Source: an uncultured virus (IMG/VR IMGVR_UViG_3300033463_000052) (Duplodnaviria > Heunggongvirae > Uroviricota > Caudoviricetes). From it: a DNA stretch of 64,000 nt. Positions within the stretch are counted from its first letter, which is position 1; each line of letters opens with the position of its first letter. The notes beneath the pieces are model-generated. The model saw nothing but the letters and a program-made list of their open reading frames with translations. It was not told where the DNA came from and made no database searches. The stretch is taken from IMG/VR virus record IMGVR_UViG_3300033463_000052; one strand, 5' to 3'. The position numbers were made by a program, and so were the translations under genes. Of this stretch, positions 30,349 to 40,515 are shown piece after piece.

Positions 30349-30573
30349 TTATTTTTCTTTGATGTAAGAAGGGACATTTCTATAACAAGAAATGTAAAGC
30401 GTATCTGTCTCATTGTCTGCGTATGCTGTCCAATTCCATCCATAAACGCCCGAATTATAACCAAGTTCAACAAGGGAAAATTTGCTCTTGTTATCGTCTT
30501 GATAACAGCAGTAACCAACTTTGCAATGAGTGTACCAGTTATACCAGCGGCGCAAATCTTTAATAGTGGACAT
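30349..30573 (-). CDS. hypothetical early protein
   Basis: YNSGVYGWNW motif; AGGAGG SD; own promoter. Confidence 0.65.
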   Translation of the reverse strand: MSTIKDLRRWYNWYTHCKVGYCCYQDDNKSKFSLVELGYNSGVYGWNWTAYADNETDTLYISCYRNVPSYIKEK

Positions 30574-30934
30574 TTTTTAAATCCTCCTAAATAATTTTTT
30601 TATTTGCTTTATCAGCATAACCAATATACCACATCAAAATAAACTTGTCAATAGGTTTTTAAAAATTTTTTCTTTCGTTTTTCTTATTTTTAGAAATGAA
30701 AAAAATAATATGATTTTAAATCTCATTTTGAAAAATGAGATATTATTATATTACATTTTGAAAAATGAAGTCTATAAATATTTCAAATTTAAAAATGAAA
30801 TAGAAAAACAAAAAAAGGATAAACCATTTTTTAAAATGGTGCAAAATTAAAAAATTTTTCTTGACAAGAAATAACAGATATGATATATTGTTAGTGTCGA
30901 AAGACAAAATAAAAAATAAAGGAGATCAAAAAAA

Positions 30935-31273
30935 ATGACTGTTGATTTTAAAGAAGGTTTTGAAATTAATTTCAATAAAACTTCTGACGGGAAAAACGAA
31001 ATTACTTTTACAAATCATGGGAAAGATTGGGGCTTTATTCCTAATGTTGCAAAAGACTTCGGCAATTACTGGTATAAATACTCCGTTAAAGCTTCTCGTG
31101 CTGGGCATCATGGGCAAGATGTATGCGACATGATTTATTTTGATAGCGCCGCATTTGATGACGATTTTGATTTTTACTCCGATATGCATAAAGATGTTTT
31201 TGGTGTGCGTCCTCACTTCACTTCTGAAGAATGGAAAGAAATAGTAAAAAGAGCACAGAATAGAAAGCCGTGA
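30935..31273 (+). CDS. hypothetical early protein
   Basis: Plus-strand TTGACA promoter at 30861, SD, YSDMHKDVFGVRP motif, terminator hairpin. Confidence 0.7.
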   Translation: MTVDFKEGFEINFNKTSDGKNEITFTNHGKDWGFIPNVAKDFGNYWYKYSVKASRAGHHGQDVCDMIYFDSAAFDDDFDFYSDMHKDVFGVRPHFTSEEWKEIVKRAQNRKP

Positions 31274-31536
31274 AAAATCGGCTTTCTATTTTTTATATAT
31301 AAGAGTTTTCATTTTTAAAAATGAATAAAAAGAATAAAGAATGATAAAGAAAATAATCATTTTAAAAAATGACAAGATAGGAAGCAAACGAAAATAAAAA
31401 ATTCAAATTGAAAAATGAATAAAAAATTCTTTGAAAAAATTTTTAAAAAAATACTTGACAAATAAAAACCCTTTTGATATACTCATAATTGCCGAAGGGC
31501 AAAAAACAAATCAAAAAATATATGGAGGGCTTACAA

Positions 31537-31776
31537 ATGAAGGTTTACAAAGAGGTTAACAGTTATAGTGATTTTGATTTTTGGTCTGGTGCGCGTGATA
31601 CTGTAAGGTATCTGACTACTGAAGAAGTTGAACAGATTTTTTCCATGCTCGAAGAGCTGTACCCGGAAGGAATGGAAGAAACCGAAGTAAACGACTTTTT
31701 CTGGTTTGAAGATGATACAATTGCGGAATGGCTTGGTTATTCCAGCTTTGAAGAAATTATTGAACGGGAAGATTAA
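31537..31776 (+). CDS. acidic hypothetical early protein
   Basis: Start MKVYKE after GGAGG; FDFWSGARDT...TEVNDFFWFE. Confidence 0.7.
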   Translation: MKVYKEVNSYSDFDFWSGARDTVRYLTTEEVEQIFSMLEELYPEGMEETEVNDFFWFEDDTIAEWLGYSSFEEIIERED

Positions 31777-32394
31777 AAACTCCCCGTTTTTTTATTTATT
31801 TTCATTTTTCAAAATAAATAATTCGATTTTGATTTTTCAAATCATTTTTCAAAATGAGAAAATCAATTTCAAACTTTCGGACGAGAAAAATCAAATTGAA
31901 AAATGAAAATAAAAAATTCGATTTCAAATTTTCAGCCGTCATTTTTAAAATGATAATATACAAATACATATACACATACATTCACATATACAAATACAAA
32001 TACATTTTGAAAATTGGAGAAACAAAAAAAATAATTTTTCAGATTAAAAAATGATTAAATTTATCACAAGAAAATAAAAATTTTTAATTGTTATTTATTT
32101 AACAATGCCCGTTTTAAATCGCTTCTGCTGGGCTTTTCTGCTGGGAGATATAAATATACTATGAAAGAATTTAAAAAGATTCTGAGCGGGTTTTAATTCG
32201 TTTTATAAATATTTTTTGTTGTTGTTTGAGTTTATTTTCTGTTAGTAGAGATAATAAAAAATTTTTTATTATCTGTTATAAAATTAGATTGTCGAAAAGT
32301 TTTTATATTGAGCGGGAAAATCTGAATATATAATAATATAGCGCTTGGGAAAAAATTTTTTATAACTTAATATCAGACACAAACGAAAACTTTT

Positions 32395-32780
32395 CACTTT
32401 AACATTTTAAATCATTAGCGATTTAGCGAATTAAAGTGAAAAAATCTTTAACGATTTAAAGCGTTAAATTATGCATAAAAATTCATCATTTTTCAAAATG
32501 GCTTTTTTATGCCGGGAAAAAATATAAAGTGTAATTGACGCAGACGGAAGCCCAACATTTTCAGTTAAAGATCTCTAACCACTTTCGCTAATTCGCTACT
32601 TTGCTATCACTTTAAAGTGTTAAAGTGTTAGCACGACAGCGCTTTAAATCGTTAAAGTGTATGCATCATTTTTCAAAATGATAAAAAACGATTTAAAGTG
32701 ATAATACGCTAATACTTTAAATCACTAAAGTGTGAAAAATTTAACAATCTGTTTGTTAAAAAAATAACTTTAATGATTTA
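32395..32780. repeat. degenerate ~8-bp periodic repeats (TTAAAGYG / TTAGCGA) in both orientations
   Basis: e.g. cactttaaagtgttaaagtgttagcacg, ttagcgatttagcgaattaaagtg. Confidence 0.65.
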
Positions 32781-32844
32781 AATAAATAAAGTTTTGTCAT
32801 TTTGAAAAATGAGACTTGTTAAAATTTTCACAATCGGTTACAAA

Positions 32845-32876
32845 AAAATTACAGGGAATTATTTCCCTGTAATTTT
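32845..32876 (-). terminator. intrinsic terminator
   Basis: aaaattacaggga/tccctgtaatttt hairpin after amidoligase gene. Confidence 0.7.
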
Positions 32877-32882
32877 TCCTTT

Positions 32883-33752
32883 TTATGCCTTTTCCCATAC
32901 TTTGACAATCTGTTTTGCGGCCTTTTCAGCGGCCTTTTTCAGTTCGGCCTTTTGCTCTGCCGTCAAAGTCTGATTTTCAGTTAGTCCCATTTCAAGAACT
33001 TTCGCGCAAAATGTATTAAAAACCTTGCTAGACATATCCACAACAACATCGACACAATGGGCATATTGTTTTTCATTCCTATACACACAAATACGCCATT
33101 CTAACGTATTTTTGTGTTGCGTATTGATAAAATTACTATGTGTTGTCGCTGTCGTTCTTTCTGTAATGGGGCTTGCATAATCAACAAAGTTTCGGCCGAA
33201 AATCCGCGCTACTTTTTCCCTATCTGTCAACATTGCTTTACAAAGTGGCAGGAACAAAGAATGATAAAACCGCCGGATATAAGACATTGTTAATGCGTTC
33301 ATGTAATCATGATGTCCTACATGCGTATGCGTTCCCGTAGAGGGTGCCCATGCGTCAGAATAGTTATAATTTAAGCCCATTTCCCCATTGTCAATTAAAT
33401 ATTGGATTGTAGGAATGAAAGCTTTGATAGAATTGAATCCCTCCATGATTGGGGATTTAAATTCAGGGCCACGAATTGAGCCGTCATGTGTAGGGAGAAA
33501 GCCTTGTAACATCATTTCAAGCCGCGCATATTCACTTGCAAAATCCGTTTCAAATTCGACGCCTAAAGTCATTTTATGCGCTTTGATTGTACCAACATGA
33601 ATATTATTTTTAGTGTAATAGGACTCATTATTAATCTTGTGAAATTCGCACATGAAAGCATTACCACCTCCACGACGGCGAACAGCGTACTTGTAAACGC
33701 CCATGTTATTGCATTCCGGACACTGGCATTTTGGCATTGTGTTGCTTCCCAT
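32883..33752 (-). CDS. putative amidoligase (COOH-NH2 ligase type 2)
   Basis: GVEFET, HDGSI, EFKSP, GTHTHVG, TLEWR. Confidence 0.8.
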   Translation of the reverse strand: MGSNTMPKCQCPECNNMGVYKYAVRRRGGGNAFMCEFHKINNESYYTKNNIHVGTIKAHKMTLGVEFETDFASEYARLEMMLQGFLPTHDGSIRGPEFKSPIMEGFNSIKAFIPTIQYLIDNGEMGLNYNYSDAWAPSTGTHTHVGHHDYMNALTMSYIRRFYHSLFLPLCKAMLTDREKVARIFGRNFVDYASPITERTTATTHSNFINTQHKNTLEWRICVYRNEKQYAHCVDVVVDMSSKVFNTFCAKVLEMGLTENQTLTAEQKAELKKAAEKAAKQIVKVWEKA

Positions 33753-34025
33753 GATTTTTTACCTCCAAAAAATGTAATTTTTAGGACTTTTTAAGCCCTT
33801 ATTTATACGGAAAAATTATATTATAATAACTTTTCCGCATAGTATAAAGGTTTAAAAAATAATATGCATTAAAATCTTTTGTTTGTAGCTCTATATAATG
33901 ATGTATTTCCAAAGTTATACTTGCCGAAAATAACTTTTCTCCTATATTCAGCGCGTTCTCTTTCCTCGTCTTTTAAATGCTTTTCAAAGTCCGATTCTTT
34001 AAAAAAGCTTAAACAAAACGGGCAT

Positions 34026-34298
34026 TTAACAAATTTTTCCATTTTTAACAGTCCTCTCATACAGTTTGATTTTTTTCTCTAAGTCTTTAATTTCCGCTCC
34101 AATCTTTTCTTGTTCCTCTTTTGATAAAATGCCGTCTTTAGTGAATATTATACGCCCGCCGTTAATGTCCGAAGTTATTACATAATCCCGGCCTGAAAGA
34201 GCCGCTAAAACAAGCCGCAAACTATTTGTATAAACTTTAATTTCCGTTATTGTCGCGCCCGTTTCAACCTCTTTTTTAAATATCTCTTTTCTATTCAT
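34026..34298 (-). CDS. hypothetical early protein
   Basis: 90 aa with AGGAGG. Confidence 0.6.
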   Translation of the reverse strand: MNRKEIFKKEVETGATITEIKVYTNSLRLVLAALSGRDYVITSDINGGRIIFTKDGILSKEEQEKIGAEIKDLEKKIKLYERTVKNGKIC

Positions 34299-34377
34299 TT
34301 TAAAACTTTCCTCCTATTTTTTTAATGTGAAAATGCTTTTTTCGGCCTCTTTTCTATTGTTTTTTTGTATTTATTGT

Positions 34378-34569
34378 TTATTCTCTGTATCCTTTTTTAT
34401 ATGCCCAATTATAAGCGGCTGTCTCGTTTTCAAATTCTTTTGTATCTATCCGGAACAAGTCAAAATTGAAATATTCAACCGTTACGCTATTATCATTAAA
34501 TACATAAATCGTCACTTTTTCGCCGTAAATGTCGCACATATCATAATAATATTTTACTTCTATCTCCAT
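34378..34569 (-). CDS. hypothetical early protein
   Basis: 63 aa with SD. Confidence 0.55.
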   Translation of the reverse strand: MEIEVKYYYDMCDIYGEKVTIYVFNDNSVTVEYFNFDLFRIDTKEFENETAAYNWAYKKGYRE

Positions 34570-34583
34570 TTGTTTCCCTCTTT

Positions 34584-34946
34584 TCAGATGTTTAAATACT
34601 CTGTTACATGAACAAAAGCAAGATTATTACACAAGCTTTTTTCGCCGTATACAGAAACACCATAACCACCCGGAATACTTGTTGAACATTCATAGATTTT
34701 TGTATAATCCCCGAAAATATCACAAATCAAGTTTGAAATTGTTTTGTATTCGTGATAAAGGCAAGAATCATTATATTTTTGTTCTTTATCGTCATATGTG
34801 TAATTTTTAGGATGTTCAAGCGAATCAATATAAAATTCAAGAGAATCAATCTTTTCTTGTTCTTTTTCGCTGAATTGAACAAGGAAAGTTGTTGTTCTTT
34901 CCTCCATGGTAGTATTAACAGAATCAACTTTTGTAATAATTTTCAT
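34584..34946 (-). CDS. hypothetical early protein
   Basis: Likely start MKIITKV. Confidence 0.55.
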   Translation of the reverse strand: MKIITKVDSVNTTMEERTTTFLVQFSEKEQEKIDSLEFYIDSLEHPKNYTYDDKEQKYNDSCLYHEYKTISNLICDIFGDYTKIYECSTSIPGGYGVSVYGEKSLCNNLAFVHVTEYLNI

Positions 34947-35074
34947 AATAATTGACCTTTCCGAAAAGAGGCCCAAAAAAACATTCTCACGCTAAAACGG
35001 CACGTTTTAAGCCCTTTTTAAATCGTCTCGCAAAATAGGCAAGAATACCATTAAAAAGGGCTTAAAACGGCTTA

Positions 35075-35292
35075 AATTGTCAATGTTCAGGCTTCAAGGA
35101 ATTATAAGCGCTTTGCGCTTTCCGCACCTCCCGCACGTTTCAGAAAAGGCCGCAGAGCAGAGCGCGGACAAGTCAACGCGCTATCAATTCTTAATCCGTG
35201 CGGGCGCTACTCGCGCGCCACGCTCAACCTATCCACTTTCCAAAGGTACACAAAGGGCATATAGCGGCCCTTGCAAGCTTAGCTTGCGATTG
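35075..35292 (-). ncRNA. GC-rich structured leader or ncRNA upstream of early operon
   Basis: Stems gcaagc/gcttgc, agggc/gccct, cccgcacg/cgtgcggg, agcgcg/cgcgct in AT-rich context. Confidence 0.55.
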
Positions 35293-35924
35293 TATTGTAT
35301 CACACGCGCGAAAGAGGTTATAAAAATTTATATTTTTTCTTTATTTTATTATCTTTTTTCTTTTAAAAGTTATGATAATTTTTTGTCAATCAGAATTTGG
35401 TAAAAATAGGGTTTAAAAAACAATTAAAAAATAATAAAAAAGCCCTGTTTTTGCCCTAAAAAGTTATCAATTTTTTTTTGTGCAAAAAGACACAAGATTT
35501 TGAAAAATGACCGCCTTATTTTGTGCATATTGACAAACAGGGTTTAAAAAATTATAAAATGAATCAAAAAAGGCTACTTTTAGAATTAAAAAGTTATAAA
35601 AATAAAGTTTTTGGCATTATATATAAATTTATATATGTTCTTTTGTGCATATTGACTATATTCATTTTATGCGGTTTTATTCATCAAATATACATTCAAA
35701 AAGTGAATAATCAGAGTTAAAACAGGGCTTGAAAATGAATATTTTAACTTTTCAGAGTAAAAAGCGGCTCTTTTCTATGAATATTCGATATTTTCGGAAC
35801 GTGATAAATATACAAAATCGAGTTAAAGCTTTGGGAATATAAACATACTACAGGTGGCCTAAATGCGCTTATAAGCGATTTTAAAGGGCTTTTGTTAACT
35901 ATTTAACAATCTTCCCTTCAATCC

Positions 35925-36310
35925 TTCAAATATTTTAAGTAATATTTGATATACTACAATAATTTTAAATAATATTAAATATCATTCAATAATTTTAAGT
36001 AATATTCAGAATACGGTAATATTGAATATTATTTAAAAATCTTTAAACAATATTAGATATAATTCAATAATTTTAAATATTATGTGATGTTCGGCATAAT
36101 TCAATAGTTTGAAGTAATATTAGATATAATTCAAATATTTGAATAGTTTGATATTTTGAAGTAATGTTAGATATAAGGGTATATTAAATATTATTTAAAA
36201 GATTAAAAGTAATATTTGATATTGATTGATATAGAATATTATCTTATATTCAATATATTTCAATAATTTAATTTAAATATTTAAATAATTCAAGATTTTA
36301 AAGTATTTTT
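35925..36310. repeat. degenerate ~30-bp AT-rich tandem repeats
   Basis: Recurring (tc)aataattttaa(g/a)taatatt(a/t)(g/a)atat units. Confidence 0.7.
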
Positions 36311-37003
36311 GTCAAGTTGAAAAATGAATAATTGATTGTATATTCATGTTGGAAAATGAATATTTATTAATAGTTTGATGGTATATTATGGTATAATGTG
36401 GGAGATAATAGAGTGATGTAAGATATTAGTTGTTTGTGTAGTTTGTATAGTAATATAGTATATTGCGCTACACTTAATTATGCAGTTTATACAAAGCTTC
36501 CCTTCGTTAAATTTTTAACAATGTCGTGAATAGTTACAAAGTAGTAACAATCGTTACCATTATGTCAGATAATTGTTATTATCTGGTCAATAATTGTAAC
36601 AAAATAGTTACAAAGTGGGGGATATTTTCAGACAAAAGGTTACAAAACGGTAACAAAACCTTATGTGGTTATAACATCCAACACATACCTAATAACATAA
36701 AACAGATACCTAATACACCCAATAACATAGAATGAATACCTAACAACTTTAATCTTATTATACTATAATATATTAATTATATCATTATAATATCATATTA
36801 ATATCATAAAAAAATATTCCCCACTTTCATATAAAAAACACTATAAATTTAGACTTCATTCCCCACTTTTATATCAATAAAAAATTTACAATTTATTAAC
36901 AATTTATATCTTGACAAATTTTTAACAATATATTATAATATAAAAAAATATCATTTTGAAAAATATTTTGAAAAACGAAGTTTTTCATTTTTAAAAATGA
37001 AAA

Positions 37004-37126
37004 TTTTTTGTACATTTCGTTCCATTATAAGTAAATATTATTGTAGAAAGAAATGTACAAAAAATTTTTGTACAAATCGTTCCTATATAAGTAAATTACT
37101 TATAAGGGAAGGAAATGTACAAAAAT
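37004..37126. repeat. two tandem ~60-bp units, each an imperfect inverted repeat
   Basis: tttttgtaca...tcgttcc..tataagtaaat...gaaatgtacaaaaa twice. Confidence 0.8.
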
Positions 37127-37146
37127 TAAAAAAGGAGGCAGATTAT

Positions 37147-38148
37147 ATGAGAAAAATTGAAGCCGATATTATTCCAAAATTAAAAACAATCGTCAATCAA
37201 GAGCTTTCGTATAAAGATTTATGTGAAGCCGTTGATATTCCAGTCAAGTCTGGAAATTCAAAAATTGCCCAACTTAGAGATTTAGATATGTATTGCCAAA
37301 TTGACAGAATTGAAGGAACAAAAAAATATGTTATATCAGAAGTTTATGATGAAGCCGTTTTAAGAGAATTAAATGGCAATGACAAATATCAAGCCGTTTT
37401 TGAGGCTTCTATATGCCAAATGTTTTTAGAAAATGGTGACAATCCTTTATATGTTTCTTATATGGATATGCTTAAAGGGTTTAATGAAGTTAATTATAAT
37501 TTTCCTTTATTATGTAATTCATCTAATATCCAATATCTAGATGATTCTTATTCTTCATTCCCACAAATAGGGCAATCTGCCTATAAGATATTAAAAGAAT
37601 GGACAAGAGATAGAATTGAAAGAATGAATTCCCGTGGGGTCGCTATTAAAAGGGATGGGTTTAGATTATATAGCCATTTTGGGAAAGCAACTATTATTCA
37701 TAATGTTAAAATAGAATCTGAAGAAGAAAAAATATGCCAACAAATATGGAATATTGCCGTTAATAGAATTATGCCAGAAGAATGGAATGGCGGCTGGGTA
37801 AAATTAGAAACATGGGAAAAATTTGAAAAAGAACTAAGAAAGCTGACATTAGAATATTTTCAAGGACAATATGATGATTTAAAAAGGATTATTATATTAT
37901 CCCCACCGCGACAATCTTATGTAAAAGAAATATTAAAAAATTTATATAATAAAAACCCAGATTTAAAGTCAATAAATGAAGAAGCTGGAAGAAAAGTTTT
38001 AGAATCAAGAAGTAAAGGACTTATTACCCAAAAGAAAAAAGACAAAGAAAACTTTGTTGAAATAGCAATGAAAGAAAATCCTAAAATTGATATAAGAAAA
38101 AAAATATATAATATAAAAGATAATGAAGAAGAGACAGAAGAAAATTAA
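37147..38148 (+). CDS. hypothetical protein, possibly DNA-binding or replication-related
   Basis: AAGGAGG then ATG at 37147; SYKDLCEAV.IP...GNSKIAQL helix-turn-helix-like N-terminus. Confidence 0.6.
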   Translation: MRKIEADIIPKLKTIVNQELSYKDLCEAVDIPVKSGNSKIAQLRDLDMYCQIDRIEGTKKYVISEVYDEAVLRELNGNDKYQAVFEASICQMFLENGDNPLYVSYMDMLKGFNEVNYNFPLLCNSSNIQYLDDSYSSFPQIGQSAYKILKEWTRDRIERMNSRGVAIKRDGFRLYSHFGKATIIHNVKIESEEEKICQQIWNIAVNRIMPEEWNGGWVKLETWEKFEKELRKLTLEYFQGQYDDLKRIIILSPPRQSYVKEILKNLYNKNPDLKSINEEAGRKVLESRSKGLITQKKKDKENFVEIAMKENPKIDIRKKIYNIKDNEEETEEN

Positions 38149-38162
38149 TCTTCCGTCTCTTC
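38129..38162. terminator. bidirectional terminator between convergent genes
   Basis: gaagagacagaaga/tcttccgtctcttc hairpin. Confidence 0.6.
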
Positions 38163-38169
38163 AAATATT

Positions 38170-38481
38170 TTATTCCTTTTTAAGAAATTCTATTACTTCA
38201 CTTAACAGATTAATAAGATTTTCATCCGAATATTTTTCAATGCACGTTTCATAAATGTTACAATTATCACAATTGCCACAACAATTTTTAATTACTTCTG
38301 TGAAATCTTCAAGTTTTTCAATAAGTTCTTTTTTATTATTTCTTTTTAATCCATGTGAATAAAAATCACATTTATTATAATTTCCACCACAAGTGCATGG
38401 GTCTTTTTCTTTTGTTCCATAACAAATACCAAAACCACCAAGATAATTTCTTTCATTGTGGTAAGCATCACATTTAATCAT
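38170..38481 (-). CDS. Cys-rich hypothetical protein
   Basis: CYGTKEKDPCTCGGNYNKCDFY. Confidence 0.6.
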   Translation of the reverse strand: MIKCDAYHNERNYLGGFGICYGTKEKDPCTCGGNYNKCDFYSHGLKRNNKKELIEKLEDFTEVIKNCCGNCDNCNIYETCIEKYSDENLINLLSEVIEFLKKE

Positions 38482-38500
38482 TGCCTATCTCCTGTTTTAA

Positions 38501-38863
38501 TTAATTTTCCTTTAAATATTTTCCTGCCGCACTTCGACTTGCCATATTGAATTTCTTTACATCTTCCATAAAGACTTTACTATATGGAACATGATAAGCC
38601 AATCTTGCCCCAAAATATACAAAACAATCTTGATGACAAGTAACTGGAATAAAAACATATGTATTTGCCATTGTCATTGCTTGACTACCACAACCATCAA
38701 ATCCAAGTGCTGTACTTCCCCATGTTTGTTCAAAAACAATCATTTCAAAATCATCAATTCTAATTCTGAAATTCTTTTCTTCTTTCTTATAGTCCATATG
38801 TGTAAGGAAATTTTGTTCTATAAGAAGAAGTTCTAATGCAGTATCTGTAAGTTTATTACTCAT
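38501..38863 (-). CDS. conserved phage hypothetical protein
   Basis: FEQTWGSTALGF.G.G.QAMT.A..VYFG.RLAY. Confidence 0.7.
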   Translation of the reverse strand: MSNKLTDTALELLLIEQNFLTHMDYKKEEKNFRIRIDDFEMIVFEQTWGSTALGFDGCGSQAMTMANTYVFIPVTCHQDCFVYFGARLAYHVPYSKVFMEDVKKFNMASRSAAGKYLKEN

Positions 38864-39223
38864 TTAATTATACCCTTTAATTCTCCTATTTTATTTAATC
38901 ATTATCATCCCTTATTGGGCAATAACCACTATATTCTTTACATTTCTTCATCCTACAAGTACAATGAGGGTAATTAGTAGTTCTATCCCAACTTTCAACA
39001 CTTTCAAGATATTTGCAATTTTTTGGTCTTGGTTTACAACCCAAATATGTAATATTTCCCATTTAATCACCATTTAACTCTATTATTTTAAATATATCTT
39101 CTGCCGATTCTATTTCTTTTCCGTCAATGCAGATTTTCCCTTTTTCACCATTTTTATTTTTAACTATTTTTACATCATAATCTTTTAAGCATTTAATAAA
39201 TAAATCTAAATCAAACATTATTA

Positions 39224-39502
39224 TTATTTAATCTTCTTTCCACATTTATAACAATATTTATGATTACCATTTAATACATCAGAATTACTTACCCTTGCTT
39301 TACAATTAGAACATTTATAACCACTATTATTATTACATTTAATAAATTCTGCTTCATCTTCATCAATATTTATATATTGATTACATTCAATACAAGGTTG
39401 ATTATCAATTACCCTACAGATTTTATTATGAAAACAACTTTGACAAATTGATTTCCCATTCGCCTGTATTTTTTGTTTTAAATAAATATTATTAGTAGTC
39501 AT
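39224..39502 (-). CDS. Zn-ribbon hypothetical protein
   Basis: CSNC...YCYKCG. Confidence 0.6.
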   Translation of the reverse strand: MTTNNIYLKQKIQANGKSICQSCFHNKICRVIDNQPCIECNQYINIDEDEAEFIKCNNNSGYKCSNCKARVSNSDVLNGNHKYCYKCGKKIK

Positions 39503-39872
39503 GTCTGTTATATTCTTCTATATATTTAAAATAATCACTTAAAAATAGATTTTCATAATTTGTATCTTTCTTGGGGAATAAAGTAGGAACATCTTGAATA
39601 TATTTTGGTTCAACAGGAAGTGTCTTATATTCCCACCATTCAGAACCATCATATTCATGCCTTTCTAACCACCAATCTTCCCCAATGATTAAAAGGTCTT
39701 CTGCTACTTCTGCCCCACCATATCCACTATCATAAGTTTTATTTGCTAATTTAAAAAATTCATTGATTGGAATTTTGAATAAACTACATCCAATCCATTT
39801 AATATCTTTAATTTCTTTATTATGTCTTCTTAATACAGTAATAGTTTCTTCTTTAAGATTTCTAATACTCAT
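39492..39872 (-). CDS. conserved phage hypothetical protein
   Basis: YDSGYGGAEV..DL...WWLERHEYDGSEWWEY. Confidence 0.7.
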   Translation of the reverse strand: MSIRNLKEETITVLRRHNKEIKDIKWIGCSLFKIPINEFFKLANKTYDSGYGGAEVAEDLLIIGEDWWLERHEYDGSEWWEYKTLPVEPKYIQDVPTLFPKKDTNYENLFLSDYFKYIEEYNRHDY

Positions 39873-40332
39873 ATTATAATTACCTTTCTATCTTCATCCA
39901 ATGTGTTACTTCTACTTTATCTAAATCTATATTTTCATATTTCAATAAAGTATTATAACGCCATTCATTACATTGTTTGCCATCTAAATCATGTGTCCAA
40001 AATTCAAGAATCCTAAATGGCAATTTATCACCTTTAATTTTACAAACATAATAATCTGGTTCTGTAGGTAATCCATTTTCTTTAATATTTATAAAAGAAG
40101 CATCATTTATTATTGTGATTTATTTCCACTTCCTCTACATTTATAATAATCACAGTAAGGTATAGTATTATTAAAAGGTAAAAATTTTTTATTAATTCTA
40201 CATTCTAATAATTTTGTTACACCCATTGTTCTGAATCCACATACATAAAATATACTATTTAAGCATTTTTTACATTTAATTACTTCATTTTTTTTATTCA
40301 TCTTTTCTTATATTACAAGAATATCATATTAT

Positions 40333-40515
40333 TTATCCTTTTTCTGTTAAAATCTGTTTCATAACTTCTTCTATTGGCATATCTGTATCAAAATACCCAT
40401 TATCTCTAATTGTACAAATTCGTGTCTTCCCCTCATATGTAAAAACAGATTCAATATAATTAATATTTAAAAAGTAATCATTCCCACCAAATGCAACAAT
40501 ATGAAGAAATTTCAT
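40333..40515 (-). CDS. small hypothetical protein
   Basis: 60 aa with AGGAGG; FLNINYIESV. Confidence 0.55.
   Translation of the reverse strand: MKFLHIVAFGGNDYFLNINYIESVFTYEGKTRICTIRDNGYFDTDMPIEEVMKQILTEKG

Larger units (their letters stand above)
21770..37000. repeat. dispersed 16-bp palindrome TCATTTTnnAAAATGA, roughly 30 exact or near copies in intergenic spacers
   Basis: e.g. 22372, 22412, 24324, 27434, 28488, 30238, 30285, 30723, 31309, 32797, 36985. Confidence 0.9.

Noticed and set aside
21770..37000. Palindrome array or 30-bp tandem repeats as a CRISPR array
   Set aside because: Irregular spacing, degenerate units, no constant repeat-spacer pattern, no cas genes in the window.
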